Below are positions 20,761 through 30,969 of a stretch of DNA of 56,732 bases, one piece after another. The stretch spans positions 1-56,732 of IMG/VR virus record IMGVR_UViG_3300010373_000055. One strand, written 5' to 3'. This DNA comes from a virus. Its lineage: Duplodnaviria; Caudoviricetes. The notes beneath the pieces were generated by a model. It made no database searches. It saw nothing but the letters and a program-made list of their open reading frames with translations, and was not told where the DNA came from. Each line of letters begins with the position of its first letter. Position 1 is the stretch's first letter. Made by a program: the position numbers and the translations under genes.

Positions 20761-21174
20761 ATGAGCCGACAGGATCAGTACAACGTAACAGTAACCATAG
20801 ATGGAATCCAGCTGGGGACCTTTGACACTTTCAAAGGTGGCGAGATTGATTCCGAGGAGACGAAGTACAAGCAGGGCGGAATGGTTCCTGAGATTAGTCT
20901 CGGCGGCAGCATTTCGGTTTCCAACATCATTCTTGAGCGACTGTACGTTTTGGTGCGGGACCATCCTCAGGTTGGTGTGATGAAGAGCAAGGTCGGGAAG
21001 GGAGAAGTAATAGTGGTGAAGCAGCCGCTGGATATAAATGCTGTGCCTTTTGGTGCGCCTATTGTGTACCAGGGAAAGTTGAAAAAGTATTCGCCACCCC
21101 CAACTGACTCGATGGCAAAAGGCACGCCAGCACTCTTGACAATCGAAGTCTCAACCGCAGGAATAGTAAGCTAA
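20761..21174 (+). CDS. tail tube protein
   Basis: 137 aa after the sheath; GGEIDSEETKYKQGGM. Confidence 0.82.
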   Translation: MSRQDQYNVTVTIDGIQLGTFDTFKGGEIDSEETKYKQGGMVPEISLGGSISVSNIILERLYVLVRDHPQVGVMKSKVGKGEVIVVKQPLDINAVPFGAPIVYQGKLKKYSPPPTDSMAKGTPALLTIEVSTAGIVS

Positions 21175-21192
21175 TCAAGCCGGGAGGCAATT

Positions 21193-21908
21193 GTGGACTC
21201 ACCAGCAGACATAAACGACCTAAAAATAGATGAGGACGAGGTAGTCGAGTATGCGCCCGCAGGGGATGAGCGCGGCGCAATTCTCGCGCACCTAGCAGAC
21301 ATCCACCAGGAAGTAAGGGCAGACCGTCATCTGGACTTAGATATTCCGGGATACCATGGGGTCATCTTCGCCAGGTTTCGTCCCTACGAGCTAGCTAAGA
21401 CAGAGAGCAAGCTCAAGGGCGTGCAGAGGCGCGTGCGGAAGAACGAACCTGTTCTACTGCGCGATGCCTGCGACACAATCATAGATGCGTGCGAGCAGCT
21501 ATTTGTCAGGAATCTCAAAACTGGCAAAGAGATGCCAATTGACGATGTTGTGCCAGTAACGTTTGAAGAACGTCTGGCAAAACTGCTCAAATTTTACGGG
21601 CCTGAAATTACGCAGGCTCGGCACGTTGTTATTGCGATGTTCCCAACTCAGCAGAGCATTCTTATGATGAGCAACGAAATCACACAGTGGTTGGCAGGTG
21701 CTCAGGAGGATGCAGATGAGGAGTTCTTGGGGGAATCGCAGGGCATGAGGCCGTGAAGCAGGGAATATCCATGGGCCTAGCGGGATTAGATCCAATATCT
21801 TGGGTGCAGACAGACGATCCCGTTCTGTCTCTGTATACCATTGCAATAGCGCGCGGTATACATGAGGCGCGTGCCGCTGCAATGAAGGAAGCGGAAGAGG
21901 GCCGCTAG
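21193..21908 (+). CDS. tail assembly chaperone (21193-21756) with -1 frameshift extension to 21908
   Basis: GGGGGAA at 21729-21735; the -1 frame is open to TAG 21906-21908, abutting the tape measure start. Confidence 0.8.
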
Positions 21909-23828
21909 ATGGCTGTTTCGCAGGAGGTAATGGGAATCCTCATTGAGTTGGAGGGAAAGTCTGCTTTCCTCGCAGGCGCTCAGGAGGAGACCCTAGCAGT
22001 TGACAAGTACACTGCCTCAGTCATGAAGATGATTGAGGCAGAAAAGGCTAGTGTCGCCTCCACTACGAAGAACATGACTGCTATGGGCCTCGTCAAGAAG
22101 GGTATGACGGGGATAGGTATTGTGGCGGCAGGCATTGTTGGATTCTCTGTAAAGGCTGCCATTAGCTGGTCAGATATGGCTAAGAAAATCCAGCAGCAGA
22201 CAGGTTATACTGGCAACAGTTTGGACTTTCTTGTAACAAGTATCAAGAAAGCCTCGCAGACCGCTCCTTATGCCATAAATGAAATAGCCGATGCCGCCGT
22301 GCTCTTGCGAACTAAGTTCAACGAGAGCGACGCTCAGGTAGAAAAATCTGCATCGTTGATGGCTGCGTTTGCGCAGCGTGCAGAATCAACAAGCAAGACA
22401 GCAGGCACAAGCCTGTTGAGTATTATGCAGGACTTTGGCGTACCGTTGAATAGTAATGTCTCTGTAATGGATAAGCTAATCGGAGTAGCGCAGGCTACGC
22501 AGAAGCCGATGGGTGGACTCCTGAAAATCATAGAAAACTTCGGGCCAAAGCTCCAGTCGATGGGGTTTGATTTAGACAGCACGGTAAAGCTGCTAGGAGT
22601 ATTCCAGGCAGCTGGTATCCCGACCACGATGATGGGGCGTGGGCTTTCTACCGCTCTTACTAAGGGTTTGAAGGAACACGAAAAGACAGGAGAACCAATT
22701 AGCGAGATAGTGCAGAGGCACTTGATGGAAATCGCTAATGCGGAAAGCAAGCAGGAAGCGCTCAATATCTCACTGCGAGACTTTGGAGCGAATGTTGGCC
22801 CTTCCTTTGCGCGAGCACTGTATGGAAATGCAACAGCGTTCCGCGAGGTCAACAAGGCGATGGAAGAAACTGGGCAGACGGAAGGCGTCCTGTCCGCGCA
22901 GCGCGCCGAGGTAGAGGGGCAGTGGCAGGAACTCAAGAACACTCTGAAAGTAGTTGGAGGAGAACTCGGAGAAAGCCTTGTGCCGATCCTCAAAGAAGTA
23001 ATTATCCAGAGTGCTGCCTGGGTGAAAGAATTGGTAGCGCTCGGTGGAGGAGCGAAAAACCTCGCCCCTTACATCTTTGGTTTGGTAGCGGCGTTTGTCG
23101 CGTATCGAGGTGCTTTGATTTTAGCTTCTGGCGCACAGAAGGCTTGGATAATAGCTACCGGGATAGCACGCGGAATAATCATCGCGTATGGCGCATCTAT
23201 CGCTGGCCTGCGAGTGTTGCTCGCTACAGGTGCTCTTGCCTGGGGCGTTTTCTCCTCCACGGTTGTCGGAGCTAACATAGCGATGGCAGCGAGCGCAGCA
23301 GCTACGGCTGCGAGCTTTGCCGCGATGCTGGCTCCTGTCGCAGCACTAGTGGCTGCCTACGTCGCTCTCAACAAGGTTCTGCCAGCAGGAGACCGCCCGG
23401 AAAACTTGCTTGGAGGAAACCAGCCGGGAGAATCCGGGCGCGAAGGCGAAGTGTATATGAAGGCTCACCCTGTTTCTCCTGCACAGATTCACGCTAAGGA
23501 AGCGTGGAATAAGAAGTTCAACGAACACTTCAATGAACTTTACCGTAAGCGGCATCATTTCGCTCAGGGTGGAACGATGACTGTAAGCGGGCTCGCACAC
23601 ATAAATGATGCAGGGCCAGGAGAGACCGTGTTCTTGCCTGGAGGTTCGAGCGTGCAGCCTAGCAATGCTGCGAGCATGATGATTCCGCGCGCGCACGCAC
23701 CTAACCCTACTCCGATCCCCGCTGCCGAACCGCATTGGCACCTTGAAGCCGATCTATACTTGCCGAATGGAGACAAGTTAGCTAGCTTGGTTACTAAGTC
23801 TCTATCCGCGCGGAGGGCAAGGAATTGA
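21909..23828 (+). CDS. tape measure protein
   Basis: 639 aa, Ala/Gly-rich helical, hydrophobic segment, FAQGG...GPGETVFLP. Confidence 0.9.
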   Translation: MAVSQEVMGILIELEGKSAFLAGAQEETLAVDKYTASVMKMIEAEKASVASTTKNMTAMGLVKKGMTGIGIVAAGIVGFSVKAAISWSDMAKKIQQQTGYTGNSLDFLVTSIKKASQTAPYAINEIADAAVLLRTKFNESDAQVEKSASLMAAFAQRAESTSKTAGTSLLSIMQDFGVPLNSNVSVMDKLIGVAQATQKPMGGLLKIIENFGPKLQSMGFDLDSTVKLLGVFQAAGIPTTMMGRGLSTALTKGLKEHEKTGEPISEIVQRHLMEIANAESKQEALNISLRDFGANVGPSFARALYGNATAFREVNKAMEETGQTEGVLSAQRAEVEGQWQELKNTLKVVGGELGESLVPILKEVIIQSAAWVKELVALGGGAKNLAPYIFGLVAAFVAYRGALILASGAQKAWIIATGIARGIIIAYGASIAGLRVLLATGALAWGVFSSTVVGANIAMAASAAATAASFAAMLAPVAALVAAYVALNKVLPAGDRPENLLGGNQPGESGREGEVYMKAHPVSPAQIHAKEAWNKKFNEHFNELYRKRHHFAQGGTMTVSGLAHINDAGPGETVFLPGGSSVQPSNAASMMIPRAHAPNPTPIPAAEPHWHLEADLYLPNGDKLASLVTKSLSARRARN

Positions 23829-24553
23829 GCAAGAACCAGCCCAGCCTCGGCGCAGTGTATTTCTGGAGCGATTCGCCCGCTTTCCATTTCCAGTGCTTGC
23901 TTGGCCCTGTCTCCCCAAACCCTGCTAAAGGTAAGCAGATGTATGGTGGTTGGAAAGAGGTAAAGCGCAAGCGTCGGCGGTCACTCAAGGAATGGGATGG
24001 CGTCGATGGACTTGCAATTGAAATACCAATCATCATCGACGGATTTGCGCAGGAAAAGAGTGTTGAAAACGAAGTCGCAACACTTGAGCATCTTGCAGGG
24101 AGGAAACAGAGCGGGCAGCAGAGCGAGGAGCCACCACTCATGTACTTCAACAGTGGTGGAGTCGTGCCCCACGATTATCACAAGAACCCTGGTATTGATT
24201 GGGTAATTGGTGATATTATTTGGGGAGATGCGGATAGGCGAGAAGATGGAATCCGCACGCGACAGGCGGCAACCGTCATTGTTGAAGAGCATGTTGAAGA
24301 TGATGTGCTCGGAGCGCTGACCTCTGCGCAGCGTAGGAAGCTCGCGCAGTCGAAGCGCGCCAAGAAGAAGGGTAAAGGCGCAAAGCAGGGCAAGGAGTCG
24401 CGTTACGTCGTGAAGGAAGGCGAGACGCTAGAGAAGATCGCAGCCAGTCAGTTAGGTAACAGTGCACGCTGGCATGAGCTAAAGAAGCTAAATCCCTCTA
24501 TCCGCGACCCCAATAAGCCATTGCGTGCAGGTACGATTGTGATAATGCCATGA
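23825..24553 (+). CDS. LysM-containing tail tube initiator
   Basis: YVVKEGETLEKIA...WHELKKLNP LysM. Confidence 0.85.
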   Translation: MSKNQPSLGAVYFWSDSPAFHFQCLLGPVSPNPAKGKQMYGGWKEVKRKRRRSLKEWDGVDGLAIEIPIIIDGFAQEKSVENEVATLEHLAGRKQSGQQSEEPPLMYFNSGGVVPHDYHKNPGIDWVIGDIIWGDADRREDGIRTRQAATVIVEEHVEDDVLGALTSAQRRKLAQSKRAKKKGKGAKQGKESRYVVKEGETLEKIAASQLGNSARWHELKKLNPSIRDPNKPLRAGTIVIMP

Positions 24554-26592
24554 CTGCCGCCAACAAGGAACTACAGCGCCAGAAGGGCGAAGCGTCCGAT
24601 GAGGACCTGGAGCGCGCAGCGGAGAGAGTCGAACTCGATAGCTTTATGTTGGATGTAGCGAGCCAGAAGGGTCTAACTGTCAACATCGCAGAATCAATTA
24701 CCGAAGGAAAGATCAAACGCACTATGGAAGGTGCAAGCACTCTCAGCGTTACTATCAACGATGGCACGCTCGAAATACTGCGCAGCGGTATCTTTGGTAC
24801 AAAAGATAACAAAAAGCTACCTACCATAGACGTCAAGGTTGATGGTTTATGGTTTAGACTAACTGAATTTGACAAGGAAGGTTATAGCCTCAAACTTGTC
24901 TTTGAAGATCGCATTGTCGCATATCTGCGCACGCACATCAAACACATGGTTGCAAAGCGGGGAAGTTGCACGCGAGCGCAGTTTATCCAGCGCCAGGTAA
25001 AGCAGGTCAAGGCAACCCACATTCGTTATGTGTCGCCAGAGCTTCACGTCAAACAGCCAGTAGAACACCAGAAGCCAAAGAAGATCAGCGCGCGAGAGCG
25101 CAAGGCGGAACAGCTAGGTGGGTTGCTTGCTACTACAGACCTAACAGTCAAGCACGTTGCCGCCGATAAGAACCAGCTGGAAGTATTCGAGCAGGCATTG
25201 GATCAGGGATCAAAAATGGGCGCCAATACAAAGGTGCTTGTCTCTGCCATTATGTGCATCATTCAGGAGTCAGATGCAAAAAACGACTTGAATAATCCTG
25301 CGACTGGAATTGGTGTGTTCTCGCAGGTAGATAATGGAGCCTGGCCTGCGAAACGCGAGGTTCCAGCAGACGCCGCAGGGTACTTCAAGCAGGCTATGCG
25401 TATCGACTCAGAAAAGCCTAACCTCAAAATAGAAGATTTGGTGCAGGAAGTACAGCACTCTGGCGCAGGCGCGACTAAGTATGGACCTTGGGAAGAAGAA
25501 TCTAGCAAGATCGTAGAAGAGTACGGTAAGCATGGAATTAGCTCTAGCGCTGAGCGCGTTGTCAATAAGGAATATGAATATCACCGTGGTCCCCCTGACG
25601 GTCCAGCAGGTGAGGACGCTTGGGAATGCACAGGTAGGATAGCGCGCGAAGTCAATTGGCGTAGGTTCGTTGTCGGACAGTCCTTTTATTTCGTCCAGGA
25701 CAAGGACCTGATGAAGAAGAAGCCGACGATGGAGGTAAGCGAAGAGTCTGAGGGGATCGAAAAAATTGATGGCAACATTGCAGCGGGCCAGCCGGTTGCA
25801 GAAGCCTCTATCAAATGTCGTGCCTCACGCTGGTTTGCGCCTCCTGGTTCGGTTGTCAAGATCAAGAATCATGGGCCATTTACTGGACGTTGGCTTGTCT
25901 TTAGGATTGAACGTGATATCTTTTCTCCTGAAACAGACATTGCTCTGCACATGCCTGAAGCTGCGAAGCCTGAGAAGGCTCCTGAACAGGAAACGATCCC
26001 GCAGAGTGGAGGCGTAGAATCCGGCCTAGTCGCTGGCGGCACGATCAGCGGTAAGACTCCGCGCGAACGGATCGTAAATGCTGCAAAGTGGGCGTTGGAA
26101 CACAAAGCCGATTTCAAATACGCCCAGGTTCGTCCGATGGCAAAGTCTCTGTTCTCACCAGATGCGTTTACAAAGACAGACTGCTCGGCATTTTCCACGC
26201 TCTGTTACAAGGCCGCAGGTGTGAAGGACCCCAATGGTCTCGGCTACGGCGGAGGCGGGAATACAGTAACTCTGAAGTCGAACGGTCGCAGCACACACTC
26301 ACCAGAACCGGGAGATTTGATCTTCTATGAGCACCCAGAACACGTTGCAGTTTACATTGGAGACGGAAAGGTCATCGAGCTAGGTGGAACTCCTGGTCCG
26401 AATGAAGAGGCAATCAACTACCGCACGGTTTCTCAGATGCGGACTTATTCGCTCGAAACAAGCTCGACGCCTAGCCCTGCGCCCAGCGCGCATGGCGGCG
26501 CACCTGTGCAGCAGGCAGAACTAGGCCCTGTCGGAGAACCGGGAGGCTCCCGTACACACTTGGGTGGACTCGAAGAAGTTGGGATTGGATAA
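24550..26592 (+). CDS. baseplate hub fused to lysozyme-like and NlpC/P60 domains
   Basis: GASTLSVTI hub start; IIQES...GIGVFSQ; DCSAFS...PGDLIFY..HVAVYIG. Confidence 0.8.
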   Translation: MTAANKELQRQKGEASDEDLERAAERVELDSFMLDVASQKGLTVNIAESITEGKIKRTMEGASTLSVTINDGTLEILRSGIFGTKDNKKLPTIDVKVDGLWFRLTEFDKEGYSLKLVFEDRIVAYLRTHIKHMVAKRGSCTRAQFIQRQVKQVKATHIRYVSPELHVKQPVEHQKPKKISARERKAEQLGGLLATTDLTVKHVAADKNQLEVFEQALDQGSKMGANTKVLVSAIMCIIQESDAKNDLNNPATGIGVFSQVDNGAWPAKREVPADAAGYFKQAMRIDSEKPNLKIEDLVQEVQHSGAGATKYGPWEEESSKIVEEYGKHGISSSAERVVNKEYEYHRGPPDGPAGEDAWECTGRIAREVNWRRFVVGQSFYFVQDKDLMKKKPTMEVSEESEGIEKIDGNIAAGQPVAEASIKCRASRWFAPPGSVVKIKNHGPFTGRWLVFRIERDIFSPETDIALHMPEAAKPEKAPEQETIPQSGGVESGLVAGGTISGKTPRERIVNAAKWALEHKADFKYAQVRPMAKSLFSPDAFTKTDCSAFSTLCYKAAGVKDPNGLGYGGGGNTVTLKSNGRSTHSPEPGDLIFYEHPEHVAVYIGDGKVIELGGTPGPNEEAINYRTVSQMRTYSLETSSTPSPAPSAHGGAPVQQAELGPVGEPGGSRTHLGGLEEVGIG

Positions 26593-26867
26593 TGTACGAG
26601 GACATTTTTCTAGATAGCGTCAAAGGTAAAGTTCAGGCTGACCGCCCCTTCCAGGGAGTAATCCACAAAGGCGTAAAAGAACAGCAGGAATTACTCTTTA
26701 TCAGGATACCAGATCTAGATAACGATATCAAGCGTGGACCTTGTTACTGGACCCCGCGCCCGAGTGTCGGCGGACCTGCTTTGCCTGCCGGTGGAGAGAA
26801 GTGCTTAGCAATAATGGATCACAAAGGACGATGGTGGGTTTTACAGTGGTGGCCCTACACAGGATGA
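26592..26867 (+). CDS. baseplate spike OB-fold-like protein
   Basis: IRIPDL...LPAGGEKCLAIMD..GRWWV; position. Confidence 0.6.
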   Translation: MYEDIFLDSVKGKVQADRPFQGVIHKGVKEQQELLFIRIPDLDNDIKRGPCYWTPRPSVGGPALPAGGEKCLAIMDHKGRWWVLQWWPYTG

Positions 26868-26873
26868 GATAAT

Positions 26874-27203
26874 ATGCCAAATGCAAATATTGTAAATCCA
26901 CATTTCGCAGTCCCTTTCAGAATCAGGGAAGGATCGGCGTTGTGTGTTGAACAGGATTCGCCCGAAGATATAATCCAGTGTGTATCGGCCATCGTCCGAA
27001 CTCAGAAGGGATTTCGACTAGAGATTCCCGGCTTTGGAATAGATAACCCGGTCATGCAGGAAAACGGACCATCAATTCCTGAACTAGAAGCAGCACTCAG
27101 GACTTGGGAGCCGCGTGCAGACTTCACCCTCGAAAAGAAAGAACTCGAAGATGTCCTATCACAGCTACTCAAAATAAAAGTGGGGGTGAGGGCAGGTGGC
27201 TGA
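26874..27203 (+). CDS. baseplate wedge gp25/GpW
   Basis: TQKGFRLEIPGFG, WEPRA. Confidence 0.82.
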   Translation: MPNANIVNPHFAVPFRIREGSALCVEQDSPEDIIQCVSAIVRTQKGFRLEIPGFGIDNPVMQENGPSIPELEAALRTWEPRADFTLEKKELEDVLSQLLKIKVGVRAGG

Positions 27204-28373
27204 ATATGTAAACACTCCCACGGAAACTGATCCCGATGCACTTGCACAGGATTCATTCGATTATCTTGAAACAAAGATGGCAGGTTGGAAACCTAGCGAT
27301 GGGCAGTTAGACACTTGGCTGATCGCGGCAATCGCGCGAATGATTGCGACGCTCAACGAAACTCTGACAGACGTGCAGACGAGCATCTTCCGTTACTTCG
27401 GCGCTCAGGTCATTGGCCTGCCCCCGCAGGAAGCGGTCGCAGCTACAGCTAACACGACGTGGAAACTCGAAGATTCGCTAGGCCACACGATCCCCCAGGA
27501 GACGGCGGTCGCCATTACTATGCCAGGTGGCGAAAAGGTTCCGTTTGAAACTCGCGCGACTTATGTGGTGCTGCCAGGTAAAGCTGAAACCGGCGCTGGT
27601 GAAGTGCAGATCGCAGCGTTGGAACCGGGGAAAGAAGGAACGAACCTCGGAACAGCCGGAACCAAAATAGAATTGCTAGATCAGTTTGCCTGGGTAAAAG
27701 AAACTGGCATTGAACTTACAGGTGCAACGGCTGGAGGACAGGATGCAGAGGAAGATGGCGCATATCTCAATCGTCTCGTCGCAGAGCTTCGTCTCCAGGC
27801 TCCACGGCCCATTATACCTAATGACTTTGCCGAACTTGCCCGAACCATACCTGGGTCGCGCGGGCACTTGCTATCAATGGGTATATTCCAGAAGGTGAAA
27901 AAGAAGGTAATGAACGTGCAGTCGGTATTGCAGTAGTCGATGAATTTGGGCACGCGCTCTCTGCCGAAGTAAAGGCCGAAGTCTCGAAAATGCTTTTGGA
28001 AAAGCGCGAGATCAATTTCATCGTCAATGTATTTGACCCCAAATACACAAAAGTCAAAGTTCTCTACGAAGTAAAGCGCTGGCCAGAATGGAAAGAAGTT
28101 GATGTGGTAAGTCGCTGCACAGAAGCAATTACCTCTTTCCTCAATCCTGCTAACTGGGGCCTTCCTCCGTTCGGGCAGGCAAGCCTTTGGTACGCGCGAG
28201 AAAAAGTCAAGATCAACGACATCATACAGGTGCTAGGTACAGTCGAAGGCGTAGAGGACGTGCTAAACGTCGAACTCGGAGAAGGCGCGGGAGCACTTGC
28301 CAAAGCTGACATTACCCTGTCGGGCAAGGCGGCACTCCCGGAACTCGGAGAAATCAAAGGTAAATCAATCTAA
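27196..28373 (+). CDS. baseplate J-like protein, apparent 1-nt deletion in GGG at 27853-27855
   Basis: GGQDAEEDGAYLNRL; restoring one G gives IPGVARALAING continuing into ORF 27990-28373. Confidence 0.85.
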
Positions 28374-29635
28374 TGGCTGAACCTACTGACGTCACAGTTG
28401 TTGGAAAAGAAGCGTATGAAGCGGTCAAACCGCTTGCCTATGCAGACGAACCCAATAACTGGGCGCTGCTTAGGTATTGTGACGCACTTGTTTTCAAGGC
28501 GCAGCAGGCAGCCACATACGGACGGGACAACGGAAGCGAACCCGGATGGGCTCTCTTATTCAATCCGCACAAATCTCCCGCAGAGACGCTGGAATGGTTG
28601 TCGCAGTTTGCCGGTGTAACTCTTGCATCTTTGAAGAAGGCGTTAGTAGCTGAACTCTCTAATTATATCAAGACCCCTAACTTCAAACATGCTGCCAAAG
28701 AAGCTGCCCCGCCGAACTGGAAAAGTGGAAGCGAAGAAACTGCCAACGCTGTTTTCAAAACGAAAGAAGCTGGTGGTGTCCTCGGATTGGAAATCGAAAC
28801 TGGGGCGCTTGCATCGGGTAAGGCATCCTGGGCGCAGGCGACAGGTCCGGTAACAGTCGCAGGCGTAGAAGGTTTGTTTATTGTCAAGGAAAAAGAAAAT
28901 TACTCATTCTACGCGAAAGCCAAAACGATTGCCGAAACAGGCAAAATGGAAATCTATGTCGAATTGGCTTGGTATAATATCAACGGTGAATTGCTCGGCA
29001 CGTCTAAAGACAACTTCCAGAAAGGTGTAGAAGAACACACCTTCAATCGAGTCTTTACCGCGCCTGCGGGTACTGTGGCAGCGCAGTGGCGCTTCAAGAT
29101 GAAGTCTGTCGAAGCTGCGAGCAAAGGCACATATCGTATCAACGAATTGATGCTCGCACCTAGCCCGACTAATGTGGCACTTCCTTATGGTGACGGTGAC
29201 ACTCCCGAATGGAAATGGGAAGAAGGGGAAGGCACTAGCGGCAGTAACAAGCTCGCGCTTCAGACCGAAGAACAGTTCATTGCATCGCAGCGCGAATATA
29301 TCCTCGCGTTACCCGCATCTAACCGTGGCACACTGAAAGCATTTGAAGAAGCTGCGCGCTTCTACCTCACAGGTAACAAGACTGTGTTCTTCAAGGAGCG
29401 CGACGGAGGAGCTTACCGGCTCACGGTTGTTACATACACGCTAGAGACCCCGAACGAAGCGCAGGTGCGGGCGGCACTAGAAGCGCAGGTGCCAGGTGGC
29501 ATTATTTTGACATACAACGTTGTACCAGGAGCAGCTTACATAATCATCCGCACTGCGTATCCCACATATAAAAAATTGTGGGAAACTGAATTTTTGACCT
29601 ACAATGGTTTGCGCAACAACCTTCCGGGAACTTAG
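28373..29635 (+). CDS. baseplate wedge (P2 gpI-like) with inserted carbohydrate-binding-like domain
   Basis: LEWLSQFAGV ... RGTLKA split by a ~215 aa beta domain starting NYIKTPNF. Confidence 0.65.
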   Translation: MAEPTDVTVVGKEAYEAVKPLAYADEPNNWALLRYCDALVFKAQQAATYGRDNGSEPGWALLFNPHKSPAETLEWLSQFAGVTLASLKKALVAELSNYIKTPNFKHAAKEAAPPNWKSGSEETANAVFKTKEAGGVLGLEIETGALASGKASWAQATGPVTVAGVEGLFIVKEKENYSFYAKAKTIAETGKMEIYVELAWYNINGELLGTSKDNFQKGVEEHTFNRVFTAPAGTVAAQWRFKMKSVEAASKGTYRINELMLAPSPTNVALPYGDGDTPEWKWEEGEGTSGSNKLALQTEEQFIASQREYILALPASNRGTLKAFEEAARFYLTGNKTVFFKERDGGAYRLTVVTYTLETPNEAQVRAALEAQVPGGIILTYNVVPGAAYIIIRTAYPTYKKLWETEFLTYNGLRNNLPGT

Positions 29636-29643
29636 GAGATACC

Positions 29644-30336
29644 ATGGGAGAAACAACTCGAAGGAAGCTCAAATGGCCGGAAGAGTCTGCGACACCAGAC
29701 GTACCAAGGGACATCCAGAAATTAGCAGAAGAACTCGACAAAGTTGGGTACTTCAATTCAGGCACGCTAGCCTCCCGGCCGGAAGCGGCGGCAAGCAAGG
29801 AAGGCGATAGGTATTGGGCAACTGACGACGCTAGCTTTTCTGCGGAAGGTACACCATACATTTTCTTTGCAGGTAAATGGGTGCGTGATCCTTTCTCGCT
29901 TGTTATCGCCTCGATGATTGGAAACGAAGCTGTAGAAAATAAACACATCAAGGCCGCCACGATAGCGGGATCGAAGCTCGTAGCTAAAGAACCAATCAAG
30001 AAACTTGTCATCCCACATACCTTCACAGTTGTCGGAGTCGTGGCAGCGGTTACTCTCCCGCCCTTCCCCGTGCCGGTGCCCGCAGCGCAGGCAGTCAAAT
30101 TCAAAGAAATCAGGCACAAGATCGAAGCGGGTACAAACTGCACTTGGAAAATCTTGCTAGGTGCATCGGAAGTTGAAGGTCTCAAAGCGATCAAATATAC
30201 CACGACTGCAACGACGACTAGTGCCACCGTAGGTAAATCACTATCAGCAGCAGAACTAATCTCGCTTGTTATAACTGCAATAGAAGGCGAACCCAAAAAC
30301 CTTACTGTTGCTGTTTGGCTAGAATATGAATTTTAG
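29644..30336 (+). CDS. short tail fibre protein
   Basis: N-terminus paralogous to 30970; GGAG RBS. Confidence 0.7.
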   Translation: MGETTRRKLKWPEESATPDVPRDIQKLAEELDKVGYFNSGTLASRPEAAASKEGDRYWATDDASFSAEGTPYIFFAGKWVRDPFSLVIASMIGNEAVENKHIKAATIAGSKLVAKEPIKKLVIPHTFTVVGVVAAVTLPPFPVPVPAAQAVKFKEIRHKIEAGTNCTWKILLGASEVEGLKAIKYTTTATTTSATVGKSLSAAELISLVITAIEGEPKNLTVAVWLEYEF

Positions 30337-30341
30337 TTATC

Positions 30342-30956
30342 ATGTCTGAATTTCCCTCCTGTATAATTCTAGATTCATTTATTCGTGCGGAAGAAAACCC
30401 GCTGAAAAACGGAGAACAGTGGACTGCCGCAGTAGGCGCTACAGATATTGGTGCTGTCAAAGGCGAAGGGTATAAGGCCAATCAGTCGCCTCCTCTACGA
30501 AGTGGTGCAGTTTGGAATCCCAAAAAATGGGTGGAACCAGCTGTGGAAATTACTGTTCCAACGCTAGGTGGTGCAGGAGCAGAACGTTTTGTCAAGCTCG
30601 GGTTCATGACAGAACTTGCAGCCAACACTGGCTATAAGGCGAACTTTGAAGAAACTGCTGTAGCAGGCAAATGGAAGTTTTTTCTGGAAATCTGGAAAGC
30701 GAATACTCCTACCAAACTAAAAGAAAATATTGAAGTAGTTGTGGCAAATGGTAACAAGCTAGGGTTTTGGTGTACCAAAGGCAAACTTCAGTGTCTTGTG
30801 TTCAACACAGAATGGAAATTGGTGGGAGAAATTGCCGATGCAAACTTCAAAGAAGGATTCGTGTTGATCGAAGCATCCGGGATCAATCCAAAATTCACAA
30901 ATTTTGGTGCAGCTGGTGTGGAACCAAAAATCGGCGCTCTAGGTATGATACTCTAA
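30342..30956 (+). CDS. beta-sandwich (lectin-like) receptor-binding candidate
   Basis: ILDSFIRAEENPL...W; beta-rich; between fibre genes. Confidence 0.5.
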   Translation: MSEFPSCIILDSFIRAEENPLKNGEQWTAAVGATDIGAVKGEGYKANQSPPLRSGAVWNPKKWVEPAVEITVPTLGGAGAERFVKLGFMTELAANTGYKANFEETAVAGKWKFFLEIWKANTPTKLKENIEVVVANGNKLGFWCTKGKLQCLVFNTEWKLVGEIADANFKEGFVLIEASGINPKFTNFGAAGVEPKIGALGMIL

Positions 30957-30969
30957 GGAGATTTGAGAG

